The notes under the pieces: model-generated
What the model was told of the DNA's origin: nothing
The model's input: the letters and a program-made list of their open reading frames with translations, nothing else
Databases searched by the model: none
Shown: positions 19,858-30,849 of the stretch, in pieces
Numbering within the stretch: the stretch's first letter is position 1
Layout of the letters: every line of letters starts with the position of its first letter
Origin: an uncultured delta proteobacterium
GTDB lineage: Bacteria; Desulfobacterota; Syntrophia; Syntrophales; UBA2192
Assembly (NCBI GenBank): GCA_963705165.1
Contig: CAVPJD010000024.1
Coordinates: 128,001-192,000 of the forward strand
DNA: 64,000 nucleotides
Direction: 5' to 3'
Program-made: the position numbers and the translations under genes

Positions 19858-20349
19858 ATGCCCATCTACGAGTTCTACTGCCGGAAGTGCAACACCCTCT
19901 ACAATTTCTTCTCCCGGAGCGTCAACACGGAGAAGATCCCCTCCTGCCCACGCTGTAAAAAGGTGAAGCTCCAGCGCCGGATGTCCGTGTTCGCCAAAAT
20001 CTCGCAGAGAAACGAGGGCGCCGCGCCCGAGGAGATGCCCGGCTTCGACGAGTCGAAGATGGAAAAAGCCATGGAGATGCTCGCCAGAGAGGCCGGGGGG
20101 ATCGACGAAAACGACCCCCGCCAGGCGGCCCGGCTGATGCGGAAGCTCACCGATGTTACGGGGCTTTCCCTCGGAGAGAAAATGGAGGAGGCCCTCGCGA
20201 GGATGGAAAAAGGGGAGGACCCGGAAAAGATCGAAGGGGAGATGGGCGACAGCATCAGCGAGGATGAGCTGTTCGTGATGGCGAAAAAGGCCGCCAAAGG
20301 GAAAAAAGGCGCCGCGCCTCGGGTCGACGACAAACTCTATGATCTGTGA
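19858..20349 (+). CDS. FmdB-family zinc-ribbon protein
   Basis: MPIYEFYCRKC...CPRC. Confidence 0.85.
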   Translation: MPIYEFYCRKCNTLYNFFSRSVNTEKIPSCPRCKKVKLQRRMSVFAKISQRNEGAAPEEMPGFDESKMEKAMEMLAREAGGIDENDPRQAARLMRKLTDVTGLSLGEKMEEALARMEKGEDPEKIEGEMGDSISEDELFVMAKKAAKGKKGAAPRVDDKLYDL

Positions 20350-20382
20350 AAAAGCAGGTGTAAGGCATAAGGCGTAAGGCCG

Positions 20383-20952
20383 ATGGAAGCCCCCCGAGCC
20401 CTCAGCGTCTACCCTGCGGAGTACGAGGAGTGGGTGACTCTCCGTAACGGGGAGCGTGTCTTCCTGCGCCCCGTCAAGCCGACGGACGGCCCGAAGATCA
20501 TCGACCTGTTCAGCAGACTCTCCCCCAAGACGATCTACTTCCGGTTTCTCACGCACATGGACAGGCTGCGCCCCGAGATGCTCAAGCACCTCGTCGAGAT
20601 CGACTACGTCAGGCACTTCGGCCTCGTCGCCGTCATCTGGGAGATGGAAGCCGAGGTGGAAACGATCGTCGGGGTGTGCCGCTACATCGCCACGGAGCGG
20701 ATGGACCATGCCGAGCTGACCATCGTGCTGCGAGACGACTGGCAGGGCCTCGGGCTCGGCAAAATGATGGTCACCCGCGTCGTCAACATCGCCAGGGAAA
20801 AAAGCATAGAGAGGATCGAGATTCTCTTCGACTCCCGCAACGACGGCATGCAGCGGCTCTTCCGCTCCCTGGGCTACCCCGTCCTGCACGAGACCTCCAT
20901 CCTCGACATCGCAGACCGGATGGAGATCGTCCTCGGGTCGGTCAACCTATAA
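20383..20952 (+). CDS. GNAT family N-acetyltransferase
   Basis: DDWQGLGLG acetyl-CoA binding motif. Confidence 0.85.
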   Translation: MEAPRALSVYPAEYEEWVTLRNGERVFLRPVKPTDGPKIIDLFSRLSPKTIYFRFLTHMDRLRPEMLKHLVEIDYVRHFGLVAVIWEMEAEVETIVGVCRYIATERMDHAELTIVLRDDWQGLGLGKMMVTRVVNIAREKSIERIEILFDSRNDGMQRLFRSLGYPVLHETSILDIADRMEIVLGSVNL

Positions 20953-20961
20953 ATACCCATT

Positions 20962-21010
20962 CCTTGATCTTCCTCTCCCTTGAGGGGAGAGGATTGAGGT
21001 GAGGGTGAAT
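20962..21010. repeat. 49-bp palindromic REP-like repeat, copy 1
   Basis: CCTTGATCTTCCTCTCCCTTGAGGGGAGAGGATTGAGGTGAGGGTGAAT; 48/49 identical to 63951-63999. Confidence 0.85.
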
Positions 21011-21125
21011 AATCCCCTTCCGATCATTCCAGAATCCCGGCCCCTGCCATGAAAAGAAAGAATTGAATCCCCATTGCCGATCAGCTACTCTTGAGCCCGT
21101 AGCGTGATGCGCTGTGGTGAGGATT

Positions 21126-21827
21126 ATGGATTCAACCCGATCGCCCCTCGGTCACAACCCTTTCAAGAGCCTGAAATCCCGCTTCAAGGAAAAGCCCCCG
21201 GAAAAGCGGGGGGAGCCCGCAGAGCCGGTCGTTCAGCCCGCTGCCCATGACCCGAAGGCAGACAGGCAGTTCTTCCTCCAGGCCATGGAGGGCACCCGCC
21301 CTCTGACAGGTTCGAACCGGGAAGAGGGAAAGGGGAAACCTGCCCCGGCCGGCCCGGCGCCGAAGAGCGGTGGTGAGGAAGCGCTGGAAGCGATGAAGGC
21401 ACTCATTGCCTCCGGCCGGGGATTCGTCGTCGCCGACACCCCCGAGTACATCGAGGGGACGGGATACCAGGTGAGCCCGAAGATGGCCGAGCGGCTTCAC
21501 CGGGGCGAGTTCTCCATCCAGGCCCACATCGACCTTCACGGCCTCGGCGCCGAGGAGGCCCGCATCGCCTTCGAGGATTTCCTGCGGGAATCGGTCATCC
21601 GCAATCGGCGCTCACTGCTGGTCATCCACGGCCGGGGCCTCTCCTCGCAGGGAGAGCCCGTCCTTAAGGCCAGGCTGACCGAGTGGCTCACCCGCGGGCC
21701 CTGGCGGAAGTGGGTCATCGCCTACTCGAGCGCCAGACTCTGTGACGGCGGCGCCGGGGCGACCTGCATCCTCCTGCGGACCAGGCCCGTCACGAAGCGC
21801 CACAAGAAAGGCCCATCCAGGGAGTAG
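21126..21827 (+). CDS. Smr/MutS2 C-terminal domain protein
   Basis: IDLHG, VIHGRG, PVLK, DGGAGA motifs. Confidence 0.9.
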   Translation: MDSTRSPLGHNPFKSLKSRFKEKPPEKRGEPAEPVVQPAAHDPKADRQFFLQAMEGTRPLTGSNREEGKGKPAPAGPAPKSGGEEALEAMKALIASGRGFVVADTPEYIEGTGYQVSPKMAERLHRGEFSIQAHIDLHGLGAEEARIAFEDFLRESVIRNRRSLLVIHGRGLSSQGEPVLKARLTEWLTRGPWRKWVIAYSSARLCDGGAGATCILLRTRPVTKRHKKGPSRE

Positions 21828-21829
21828 AC

Positions 21830-22237
21830 ATGAGAAAATTTGCACGAACCCTGACTCTCGCCTTCAGCGCCGGGGCGCTGGGCGGACTCGCCAACGGCCT
21901 CTGCGTCTGGCTTGCCGTGAAGTACGGCCTCACGGCGGCCCTCGGGGTAAGCCTCGCCGCCCCCCTGACCCCTGCGTGGCTCTACCCGCGGATTGTCTGG
22001 GGCGGGATCTGGGGGCTTCTGTTCATCGTCCCCCTCTGGGAGAGAAACCCCTTTCTCCGGGGGCTCTTCTTCAGCATCGGCCCGACCCTGGTCATGCTCT
22101 TCGTGATCTTCCCCCTGAGGCTGGGCAAGGGGATGATGGGCCTCGACCTGGGGACATGGACCCCCGCCTTCGTCATCCTCTTCAACGCCGTCTGGGGCTG
22201 GACGGCGGCGCTGTGGATGAGGTGGGTGAACCGCTGA
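21830..22237 (+). CDS. Hypothetical membrane protein
   Basis: Four hydrophobic helices, YPRIVWGGIWG; GGAG RBS. Confidence 0.7.
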   Translation: MRKFARTLTLAFSAGALGGLANGLCVWLAVKYGLTAALGVSLAAPLTPAWLYPRIVWGGIWGLLFIVPLWERNPFLRGLFFSIGPTLVMLFVIFPLRLGKGMMGLDLGTWTPAFVILFNAVWGWTAALWMRWVNR

Positions 22238-22304
22238 CGCGGCGGTCTATCCAGCCTGTTCCGTCTGTTCCGTCTATTCAGTCCAAGAATCCGAGGAGAC
22301 ACGT

Positions 22305-23255
22305 TTGCATCACTTTCCCGTCGCAGATATCCTCCATGGCTGGGGACTGAAATTTAAAAGCGAACATCCGGAAGTGCCGCTGGCCGGCAGCCCCGAGCGG
22401 TCGCTATTCCGGACCGTCGTCGAAGATCACGCAGGTCGTCGCTTTGTCCTCGAGCAGCTTCAGCCCACCATCCTCGGGCGAAAACGCGAGATCGCATCCA
22501 CCATCGAGTTTCTTGCCGAAAAGGGACTCGCTGCCGTTCATCCCTATCTCAGGAACCGGGACGGGGATTTCATCACCAAGGCTGCAGGCAGTTTCTGGCA
22601 GGTCTCCCCTTTCATAGACGGCGTGGAGCTCAAGCGCCCCGAATACACCCTCGAGGCCTGGCGGGGAAGGGCGCTGGCCCGGTTCCTCATCGACATGAAG
22701 GAAAAATCGGAGGGCATCCCCTTCGGCAAGCCGGGGCGCCCCTTTTCGATTGCGGAGTTCACCCGCGATCTGATGGCAAGAATGAAGCGCCACAACCCCG
22801 AACGGGCCGCTGCTGCGCAGAAGCCTTACCACCATGTGGAGAAGCATTTATTCCCCGCCCATGACCGTCTTCCCGTCGCCTTTTGCCACGGTGATGCCCA
22901 CCCCGTCAATGTCATCTGGGGTGACAGCGAAATCAGCGGCGTCATCGACTGGGAGTTCTCGGGGTACAAGCCGGAGATCTACGACACGGCCCTTGTCGTG
23001 GGCTGCATTGGAATGGAGGATCCCGCAAGCCTTGCGGGACCGATGGTGCTGGGGTTTCTCGATGAATTGAAGACAGCAGAATGTTTCGACTCCTCGGGTT
23101 TTGCCGTGCTTCCCGAGTTTGTGATTGCCCTGCGCTTTGCCTGGCTGTCGGAGTGGCTGAGAAAGAAAGACGAGGAGATGGTGGAGATGGAGACGGACTA
23201 CCTCCACCTTCTTCTCGATGGCCGGGAGAAGCTCCGGCGCTTCTGGGCCCTTTGA
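22305..23255 (+). CDS. Aminoglycoside phosphotransferase/homoserine kinase type II-like kinase
   Basis: CHGDAHPVN and VIDWEF motifs; TTG start after GAGGAG. Confidence 0.8.
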   Translation: MHHFPVADILHGWGLKFKSEHPEVPLAGSPERSLFRTVVEDHAGRRFVLEQLQPTILGRKREIASTIEFLAEKGLAAVHPYLRNRDGDFITKAAGSFWQVSPFIDGVELKRPEYTLEAWRGRALARFLIDMKEKSEGIPFGKPGRPFSIAEFTRDLMARMKRHNPERAAAAQKPYHHVEKHLFPAHDRLPVAFCHGDAHPVNVIWGDSEISGVIDWEFSGYKPEIYDTALVVGCIGMEDPASLAGPMVLGFLDELKTAECFDSSGFAVLPEFVIALRFAWLSEWLRKKDEEMVEMETDYLHLLLDGREKLRRFWAL

Positions 23256-23381
23256 CAGGTGACAGGCCTTAAATATATGCGGGTGCGGTATCTGTCACAG
23301 GGGGGGCCTTCCCGCGAAGGGCGTCAAGTTCTTGCGCTCGGAACGCGGGCTCGTCCCGGGCGCTGGCCGGTCAGGAGGTCT

Positions 23382-23996
23382 TCAAAGCGCGAGCAGGTCC
23401 TCCGGCTTCTCAATGAACGCATCGGGCTGCGCCCGCTCCAGCCGCTCCCTCGGGTGCCAGCCCCAGGTGACGGCCACGGCCTTCACTCCCGCCTCCCTCG
23501 CCTCCCGGATATCCCCCGCCGTGTCGCAAACATAAAAAGTGTGCCCGCCGTTTGTCCCGTAATGCCCCATGGCGTAAAGGATCTTCTCGATCTTGCTGAA
23601 GTTGAAATCGGCCCCCAGGACGTCGTCGAAGTAGGACTCGAAGCCGAACTTCGCGAGCATGAGCCGGATCGCGAAGGAGGAGTTCGAGGAGATGATGATC
23701 AGCCCATGGCGCTTCTTCAACTCCGCCAGCACGGGGATGAGTTCCGTGACAGGCCTGACGACGCCGTAGTCCAGCGCAGGGGTCACGGCCTTCGAGGCGG
23801 CCATGAACTCGCCCACGTCGACGCCGCGCTTCGCAATGGCGCTGAAGAAGTTCTCTTCGAAGAGGTCGAGGAACTCCTCGCGGCCCGCGATCAGTGGCTT
23901 CCCGATCCGTTCGAGGCAGATATTGACCGATTTTTCATAGAGCGCGAGGGAGTCGACGAGAACGCCGTCGAAGTCAAAGAGGAAGAGTTTTTTCAC
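23382..23996 (-). CDS. HAD-family hydrolase (phosphoglycolate phosphatase-like)
   Basis: FDFDGVLVDS motif I; VTWGW. Confidence 0.85.
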   Translation of the reverse strand: MKKLFLFDFDGVLVDSLALYEKSVNICLERIGKPLIAGREEFLDLFEENFFSAIAKRGVDVGEFMAASKAVTPALDYGVVRPVTELIPVLAELKKRHGLIIISSNSSFAIRLMLAKFGFESYFDDVLGADFNFSKIEKILYAMGHYGTNGGHTFYVCDTAGDIREAREAGVKAVAVTWGWHPRERLERAQPDAFIEKPEDLLAL

Positions 23997-24054
23997 TGAC
24001 GTTTCAGTTCCTTGCGTTGTCCTTTTCCGCTTCAAACCTTTTATCGCTGCACCG

Positions 24055-25101
24055 CTATCGGGATGGGGGTTTGAACAACCGTCGGATCGAGAGCCCGAAG
24101 GGCCGCTTTGCCACACCGGCCTCGGTGATGATGGCCGTGATGTAACGGTGCGGGGTCATATCGAAGGCGGGGTTGTAGACCTTAACCTTCTCCGGAGCCG
24201 TCCGGACGCCCTGGAGCTGTGTGACCTCGTCCTCGTGGCGCTCCTCGATGAGGATGCCGCTGCCGTCCGCAATCGATCGGTCGATGGTGGAAAGGGGGGC
24301 CGCCACGTAAAATGGGATGCCGTGCTCCCTGGCCAGGATGGCGAGCGAGTAGGTCCCGATCTTGTTGGCCGTGTCCCCGTTGGCGGCGATCCGGTCGGCC
24401 CCGACGATGACGAGGTTGACCTTGCCCTGGGCCATGACGAAGCCGGCCATGTTGTCCGTGATCAGGGTCGCCGGAATCCGGTCTTCCAGGAGCTCCCAGC
24501 AGGTGAGCCTCGCCCCCTGGAGCACGGGCCGCGTCTCGTCGACGAAGACGTGGAGGTTTTTCCCGTCCTCGCGGGCCGCCCGGACGACACCGAGAGCCGT
24601 CCCGTAACCCGCCGTGGCCAGAGCGCCTGCGTTGCAGTGGGTGAGGATGTTGTCGCCGTTGCGGATGAAGGCCTTGCCGTTGAGGCCGATCCGGCGGTTG
24701 ATCTCGATGTCCTGCTCGCCGATCGCGATGGCCTCTTCGACGAGGGCCTTTTTTACCGCGGCGACCCCCGAGGGGAGGGCCTCGGCAAATCGGCGGTGCA
24801 TCCGCTCGATGGCCCAGAACAGGTTGCGCGCCGTCGGGCGCGCCGTCGCGAAGGCCCCGCAGAGACCCTCGAAGGACTTGCGGAACCCCGTTGTGGAGGT
24901 GTCGGGAAGCTGGAGCGTGCCCAGGGCGATGCCCATGGCCGCGGCAACGCCGATGGCGGGGGCTCCGCGGATGGTGAGATCCTTGATGGCCGCAACGACG
25001 TCGCGCCAGTCCGTCAGGGTCAGGTAGCGGACCTTTCCCGGAAGGGCCTTCTGGTCGATGAGGACGACGGCGTCGTCGGCCCAGAGAATGGTTCGGATCA
25101 T
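24055..25101 (-). CDS. mtnA: S-methyl-5-thioribose-1-phosphate isomerase
   Basis: [29 protein letters not shown]. Confidence 0.95.
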   Translation of the reverse strand: MIRTILWADDAVVLIDQKALPGKVRYLTLTDWRDVVAAIKDLTIRGAPAIGVAAAMGIALGTLQLPDTSTTGFRKSFEGLCGAFATARPTARNLFWAIERMHRRFAEALPSGVAAVKKALVEEAIAIGEQDIEINRRIGLNGKAFIRNGDNILTHCNAGALATAGYGTALGVVRAAREDGKNLHVFVDETRPVLQGARLTCWELLEDRIPATLITDNMAGFVMAQGKVNLVIVGADRIAANGDTANKIGTYSLAILAREHGIPFYVAAPLSTIDRSIADGSGILIEERHEDEVTQLQGVRTAPEKVKVYNPAFDMTPHRYITAIITEAGVAKRPFGLSIRRLFKPPSR

Positions 25102-26531
25102 GACCCCGAAAGCATCTTTTTGAGCAGGTCGTTGACGATCTGCGGGTTGGCCTTGCCCTTGGTGAGCTTCATCACCTGGCCCACGAAGAAGGCAAAGAGC
25201 TTATCCTTGCCAGCCCGGTACTCGGCGAGCTGCGTCGGGTTTTTCGCCATGGCCTCCTCGATGGCCTTCACGACGGCCCCCTCGTCGGTGATCTGGGTGA
25301 GGCCCTTCTCCTTGACGATGTCGGCAGGCTTCTTCGACGATTTGTACATCTCCTCGAAGACTTCCTTGGCGATCTTGCCGCTGATGGTCCCGTCCTCGAT
25401 GAGGTTGATCATCTGCGCCACGTGGTCGGGGGAGACGGGGCTTGACAGGATTTCGCGCTTCTGCTCGTTCAAGTAGCGCAGCAGATCGCCCATGACCCAG
25501 TTGCTGGCGATCTTGGGCTTGCCGCACATCTTCACGGTCTCTTCATAGAAGTCGGCCAGGGCACGGGTGGCGGTGAGCACGCTTGCGTCATAGACGGGGA
25601 TGCCGTACTGCGCGACGAAGCGGTCCTGCTTCGGAAGCGGAAGCTCGGGAAGCGCCCTGCGTACGTCCTCGATCCACTCGTTCGAGATCACGATGGGGAC
25701 GAGGTCCGGGTCGGGGAAGTAGCGGTAGTCGTGGGCCTCCTCCTTGCTGCGCATGGAGTGGCTCTGCCCCTGGGCGTCGTCCCAGAGGCGGGTCTCCTGG
25801 ACGACCCTGCCGCCGCTCTCGAGGATGTACTGCTGGCGCTTGATCTCGTACTCGAGGGCCCGCTGGACGTTGCGGAAGGAGTTCATGTTCTTGAGCTCCG
25901 CGCGGGTCCCGAAGGCCGTCTCGCCTTTCGGGCGGATGGAGACGTTGGCGTCGCAGCGGAAAGATCCCTCCTCCATGTTGCCGTCGCAGATCTCGAGGTA
26001 GACGAGGATGTCCCGGAGCCTGCGCAGGTACTCACCGGCCTCCTCGGGGCTCCGCATGTCGGGCTCGCTCACGATCTCGATCAGCGGCACGCCCGTGCGG
26101 TTGAAATCCACGTAGCTCCAGGGGTTGCGCTCGTCGTGGACGAGCTTGCCGGCGTCTTCCTCCATGTGGATCCGTGTGATGCCGATCCGCTTCTTTTCCC
26201 CGTCGAGCAGGATGTCGATGTGGCCGTGCTCGGCCAGCGGGTGGGCGTACTGGGAGATCTGGTAGCCCTTGGGCAGATCCGGGTAGAAGTAGTTCTTCCG
26301 GGCGAAGTTCTCGTAGGCGTTGATGCTGCAGCCGGTGGCGAGCGCCATCCGGATGGTGAACTCCACGACCTTTTTGTTCAGCACGGGCAGCACGCCGGGC
26401 ATGCCCAGGCAGATCTGGCAGGTGTGCTCGTTGGGGCCGGCCCCGAATTTGGTGGAGCAGCCGCAGAATATCTTGGAGTCGGTCAGAAGCTGGGCGTGAA
26501 CCTCCAGCCCGATGACGGTTTCGTAAGCCAT
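25098..26531 (-). CDS. gatB: Asp/Glu-tRNA amidotransferase subunit B
   Basis: [36 protein letters not shown]. Confidence 0.97.
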   Translation of the reverse strand: MAYETVIGLEVHAQLLTDSKIFCGCSTKFGAGPNEHTCQICLGMPGVLPVLNKKVVEFTIRMALATGCSINAYENFARKNYFYPDLPKGYQISQYAHPLAEHGHIDILLDGEKKRIGITRIHMEEDAGKLVHDERNPWSYVDFNRTGVPLIEIVSEPDMRSPEEAGEYLRRLRDILVYLEICDGNMEEGSFRCDANVSIRPKGETAFGTRAELKNMNSFRNVQRALEYEIKRQQYILESGGRVVQETRLWDDAQGQSHSMRSKEEAHDYRYFPDPDLVPIVISNEWIEDVRRALPELPLPKQDRFVAQYGIPVYDASVLTATRALADFYEETVKMCGKPKIASNWVMGDLLRYLNEQKREILSSPVSPDHVAQMINLIEDGTISGKIAKEVFEEMYKSSKKPADIVKEKGLTQITDEGAVVKAIEEAMAKNPTQLAEYRAGKDKLFAFFVGQVMKLTKGKANPQIVNDLLKKMLSGS

Positions 26532-27988
26532 TAGAGTTTCGGCCTCCTTCGTTCGATTCCGGAATGTCGCTCGTAGGCGTGGGCGACCTGGAGGAGCTTG
26601 CCCTCGTGGAAGTGGCCCGCCTGGAACTGGACCCCGATGGGCAGTCCCGCCTGCGTGTATCCGCAGGGAACCGAGATGCCGGGGATGCCCGCGAGGTTCG
26701 TCGAGATGGTGAAGATGTCCGAGAGATACATCTGGAGCGGGTCGTCCATCTTCTCGCCGATCTTGAAGGCGGGTGTGGGGGTCGTGGGCGTCAGGATCAC
26801 GTCACAGCTCTTGAAGGCCTCCTGGAAGTCGCGCTTGATCAGGGTGCGCACCTGGGAGGCTTTCTTGTAGTAGGCATCGTAGTAGCCCGATGACAGGGCG
26901 TAGGTCCCGATCATGATGCGGCGCTTCACCTCGGCGCCGAAGCCCTGCGAGCGGGTCTTCTTGTACATCTCCATGAGGTCGCGCCCGTCGGCGGAGCGGT
27001 AGCCGTACTTCACGCCGTCGTAGCGGGCAAGGTTGGAGCTCGCCTCGGCCGGCGCGATGATGTAGTAGACCGCAAGGCAGTACTGCGTGTGGGGAAGCGA
27101 GATGGGAATGGTTTTCGCGCCGAGGCCCTCGATTACCTGGATCGTCTTTTTCACGGCGGCGTCGACCTCGGCGTCGATGCCCTCGATGAAATACTCCTTC
27201 GGGATCCCCACGGTGAAGCCTTTGATGTCCTTGCCGATGAAGGCCCGGTAGTCGGGGACCTCCATGGGCACCGACGTGGACTCCATGGGGTCGTATCCGG
27301 CAATGGCGTTGAGCATGATGGCCGCATCCTCCACGTCCTTCGTGAAGGGGCCGATCTGGTCGAGCGACGAGGCGAAGGCAATGAGCCCGTAGCGCGAGAC
27401 GCGCCCGTAGGTGGGCTTGAGACCGACGACCCCGCACAGAGCCGCCGGCTGGCGGATGGAGCCGCCCGTGTCGGAGCCCGTCGCGGCGATGCACTCGTCG
27501 GCGGCCAGGGCCGCGGCGGAGCCGCCGCTCGAGCCCCCGGGGATGCGCTCCAGGTCCCAGGGGTTGCGGGTGACGCCGAAATAAGACGTCTCCGTGGAGG
27601 AACCCATGGCGAATTCGTCCATGTTCGTCTTGCCGACGAAAACGGCGCCCTCGTCGCGCAGCTTCTTCACCACCGTGCCGTCGTAGGGCGGCACGAAGTT
27701 GTGGAGGATCCGCGAGCCGCAGGTCGTACGGACCCCCTTCGTGCACTGGATGTCCTTGAGTGCGACGGGGATGCCGGTGAGCGGCTTGAGGTTCCCCTTG
27801 CGGATCTCTTCGTCGGCCTTCTTCGCCTCCGCGAAGGCATATTCCTTCATGACTGTCGTGAAGGAGCACACCCGCTCCTCGACGGCGTCGATGCGCTTGA
27901 AGACATCCGTCACGATCTCCGTGGACGTGACTTCCTTCTTTTTAATTAAATCCTGTAAAACGTGTATCGTCAGTTCATTCAGTCCCAT
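26531..27988 (-). CDS. gatA: Asp/Glu-tRNA amidotransferase subunit A
   Basis: Amidase signature GGSSGGS and DTGGSIRQP. Confidence 0.97.
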   Translation of the reverse strand: MGLNELTIHVLQDLIKKKEVTSTEIVTDVFKRIDAVEERVCSFTTVMKEYAFAEAKKADEEIRKGNLKPLTGIPVALKDIQCTKGVRTTCGSRILHNFVPPYDGTVVKKLRDEGAVFVGKTNMDEFAMGSSTETSYFGVTRNPWDLERIPGGSSGGSAAALAADECIAATGSDTGGSIRQPAALCGVVGLKPTYGRVSRYGLIAFASSLDQIGPFTKDVEDAAIMLNAIAGYDPMESTSVPMEVPDYRAFIGKDIKGFTVGIPKEYFIEGIDAEVDAAVKKTIQVIEGLGAKTIPISLPHTQYCLAVYYIIAPAEASSNLARYDGVKYGYRSADGRDLMEMYKKTRSQGFGAEVKRRIMIGTYALSSGYYDAYYKKASQVRTLIKRDFQEAFKSCDVILTPTTPTPAFKIGEKMDDPLQMYLSDIFTISTNLAGIPGISVPCGYTQAGLPIGVQFQAGHFHEGKLLQVAHAYERHSGIERRRPKL

Positions 27989-28046
27989 TCTATTCTCCAA
28001 CTTTATTCTTCTTCCCTGATACCCTACCCCCTATACCCTGATACCC

Positions 28047-28334
28047 TTATTCAATTACTTTCGGTACCCGATAGCTGTTGCCGCTCTCGGCGGGGGCGTT
28101 GGCCAACGAGAGTTCGTGGGGAAGCGACTCCCGGACGACGTCCTCCCGGAAGGCGTTCTGGATGGCGATGGCGTGCGTCTCGGGCTCGACGCCCGTCGTG
28201 TTCACCTCGTTGAGTTTTTCCATATATAGAAGGATGTTGTTCAACTGGGTCGTGAACTTCTCCTTCTCCTGCTCGCCGAATTCCAGACGTGCCAGATGGG
28301 CCACGTATTCAACCTGTTCCTTCGTGATCTTCAA
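28047..28334 (-). CDS. gatC: Asp/Glu-tRNA amidotransferase subunit C
   Basis: VAHLARL...RVPKVIE; TTG start after GGAGGA; lies upstream of gatA. Confidence 0.93.
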   Translation of the reverse strand: MKITKEQVEYVAHLARLEFGEQEKEKFTTQLNNILLYMEKLNEVNTTGVEPETHAIAIQNAFREDVVRESLPHELSLANAPAESGNSYRVPKVIE

Positions 28335-28447
28335 TCTATAATCCTCCAAGTAACGATACCGCTCCATCGCGAAGCGGTACCCGATTTCCTTGATTCAATT
28401 ACCCTTTACCCTGGACCCTGAACCCTTGGACCCGCCGCGAAGCGGCT

Positions 28448-29506
28448 TCATCGGAAGCATTTCCAGTACGGCTTGATCTGGCCGATGACCGAGTCGATCG
28501 TCCGGTTGACGGACGCATCGGCCTCGCTCTCGTGACGCCTGAGATCCGCCTCCGTGACGCGGGTGGCGCTGCTCATCTCGTCGAGGACTACCTTGATGCC
28601 CTCCGTGAGCCCCCCCAGGTGATAGCCGCCCTCGAGGACGGCGGCGAACTTGCCTCCGCAGCACACATCAGCGATATCCATGAGCACCCGGGCGAGCATC
28701 CCGAATCCCGGCGGCGTCACCTTCATCCCTCCCAGGGGATCCCGGAAGTAAATGTCGAAACCCGCCGAGAGCAGGACCATCTCGGGCATGTAATCAAACG
28801 CAAGGGGCTGAAGCACCCGCCGGAAGATCCGGAGGTACTCGGCATCGCCGGGGCCGGATCGCAGGGGGACGTTCACCGTGTAACCCAGCCCGTCGCCCCG
28901 GCCGATCTCCTGGAGCCCCCCCGTCCCGGGGTAGTAAGGGTACTGGTGGGTCGAGAAATAGACAACCCGGGGATCCTCGTAGAAGGAATGTTGGGTGCCG
29001 TTTCCGTGATGGAGATCCCAGTCGACGATGAGGACCCGTTTCATCCCGTGCTGCTTGATGGCGTGCATGGCCCCGATGGCGACGTTGTTGAAGATGCAGA
29101 AGCCCGCCGCCCGGTCTGCCTCGGCGTGATGGCCCGGCGGCCGGACAAAGGCAAAGGCGTTGCGCAGCTCGCCCTTCACAATGCCGTCGACGGCGTTCAG
29201 GAAACCTCCCACGGCAAGCTTGGCGACGTCGTAGGATTCGGCAGAGGCCTCCGTGTCAGGATCAAGGTAGGTATGGTCCTTTCCTGCCGATTGGGCGATC
29301 ATCTTCACGTAGGCGCGCTTGTGGATCATCTCGAGTTCCTCGTCGAGAGCGAACCGAGGCCTCACCTCCGTGAATTTCCCTGCCATTTCTGGGCTTTCCA
29401 GCATCTTGTAGATGGATTCGAGCCGCTTGGGGGATTCGGGGTGGTAATGGCCCGTCTCGTGACGGAGGTACCGGGAATCCTTTACAATTCCAGTCGCCGA
29501 AGCCAT
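28448..29506 (-). CDS. Histone deacetylase-family protein
   Basis: HPESPKRL, RPPGHHAE, DWDLHHGNGTQ, LEGGY. Confidence 0.93.
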   Translation of the reverse strand: MASATGIVKDSRYLRHETGHYHPESPKRLESIYKMLESPEMAGKFTEVRPRFALDEELEMIHKRAYVKMIAQSAGKDHTYLDPDTEASAESYDVAKLAVGGFLNAVDGIVKGELRNAFAFVRPPGHHAEADRAAGFCIFNNVAIGAMHAIKQHGMKRVLIVDWDLHHGNGTQHSFYEDPRVVYFSTHQYPYYPGTGGLQEIGRGDGLGYTVNVPLRSGPGDAEYLRIFRRVLQPLAFDYMPEMVLLSAGFDIYFRDPLGGMKVTPPGFGMLARVLMDIADVCCGGKFAAVLEGGYHLGGLTEGIKVVLDEMSSATRVTEADLRRHESEADASVNRTIDSVIGQIKPYWKCFR

Positions 29507-29661
29507 AAGGTGCTCCCTTTGGGGTGAGATCAGACAAAAACCCTTACCATACAATACCTTAAAAATCAAAAGGATTCCCGACCCGGAGCGGCCAAAAGCC
29601 TTGACATCGGGTGGGACAAAAGATATCTAAAATGAATTCCGCTGTTTTCGAGGTGTCAACC

Positions 29662-29985
29662 GTGTTCGGCATCGGTATGCAGGAACTCATCATCATTCTG
29701 GTTGTGGCGCTCATCTTCATCGGGCCCAAGAAGCTCCCCGACCTGGCCAAGGCACTGGGCAAAGGGGTCGCCCAGTTCAAGGGTGCCATGGATGACGTGA
29801 AGGGCACCTTCGACGAAGGCATCAAGAAGGAAGTAAACCAGGTGAAGGACTCCCTTCTCGAGGACAAGAGCGACAAGGCACAGGCCGGCGAAGGGGACAA
29901 AAAAGAGGGCGCGCCGTCAGACCCGTACCTGGCCGCGGAGGAAAAGGCGGAGGAAAAGAAAGACAAGCCGGCAACCCCGGCGTGA
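29662..29985 (+). CDS. Twin-arginine translocase TatA/TatB subunit
   Basis: MFGIGMQELIIILVVALIFIGPKKLP; adjacent to tatC. Confidence 0.9.
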   Translation: MFGIGMQELIIILVVALIFIGPKKLPDLAKALGKGVAQFKGAMDDVKGTFDEGIKKEVNQVKDSLLEDKSDKAQAGEGDKKEGAPSDPYLAAEEKAEEKKDKPATPA

Positions 29986-30077
29986 GGCTAAAGGCGCATG
30001 GCTAAAGGCTAAAGGCACATGGTAAAGGGGATGTCCCGTTTTTTGCCATAAGCCTTTTACCTTTCGCCATTCGCCAT
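29986..30077. repeat. Inverted pair of degenerate heptamer arrays (GGCTAAA / TTCGCCA type)
   Basis: GGCTAAAGGCGCATGGCTAAAGGCTAAAGG... then ...GCCATAAGCCTTTTACCTTTCGCCATTCGCC. Confidence 0.7.
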
Positions 30078-30087
30078 TTTTTATATT

Positions 30088-30849
30088 ATGACCGAACCCA
30101 AAAAAGAAGACAAGATGCCCCTCACCTCCCACCTGGAGGAATTGCGAAAGAGGCTCGTCCGCATCCTGATCGCCGTCGGGATTGCCTTTCTCGGATGTTT
30201 TGCCTTCAAGGAGGAGATCTTCCGGATTGTCGCACAGCCGCTGATCAGCGTGCTGCCGCCCGGCACCCACATGGTCTTCACGGGGCTTCCCGAGGCCTTT
30301 TTCACCTACATCAAAGTATCGCTCTACGCAGGGATCTTCGTCGCCAGTCCCGTGGTGCTCTACCAGGTCTGGAAGTTCATCTCGCCGGGCCTCTTCCCGA
30401 AGGAGAAGAAATTCGTAGCCCCTTTCGTGATTACCTCGACAATGCTCTTCGTCGGCGGGGTGTGCTTCGGCTACTTCCTGGTGCTCCCCGGGGCGTACAA
30501 GTTCTTTCTGGAATTCACCACGGACTTCCTCAAACCCATGCTCTCCATGCGGGAGTACCTCACGCTCACGCTGAAACTGCTGCTCGCCTTCGGGATCATT
30601 TTCGAGATCCCCGTCTTTCTCTTCTTCATGACGAAGATCGGCCTGGTGACGCCGCGCAAGCTCGCGAGGATGCGCCGCTACGCGATCGTGGTCTGCTTTA
30701 TCGTGGCGGCCATCATTACGCCCACGCCGGACGCCTTCACGCAGCTCATGATGGCAATCCCCATGATCGTCCTCTACGAGGTCGGGATCCTCGTCTCCAG
30801 GCTCGCCGGCCGAAAGAAAGACGATGCCGACAGTGATCCGCCCCAATGA
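30088..30849 (+). CDS. tatC: Twin-arginine translocase TatC
   Basis: HLEELRKRL, FISPGL, AAIITPTPD. Confidence 0.96.
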   Translation: MTEPKKEDKMPLTSHLEELRKRLVRILIAVGIAFLGCFAFKEEIFRIVAQPLISVLPPGTHMVFTGLPEAFFTYIKVSLYAGIFVASPVVLYQVWKFISPGLFPKEKKFVAPFVITSTMLFVGGVCFGYFLVLPGAYKFFLEFTTDFLKPMLSMREYLTLTLKLLLAFGIIFEIPVFLFFMTKIGLVTPRKLARMRRYAIVVCFIVAAIITPTPDAFTQLMMAIPMIVLYEVGILVSRLAGRKKDDADSDPPQ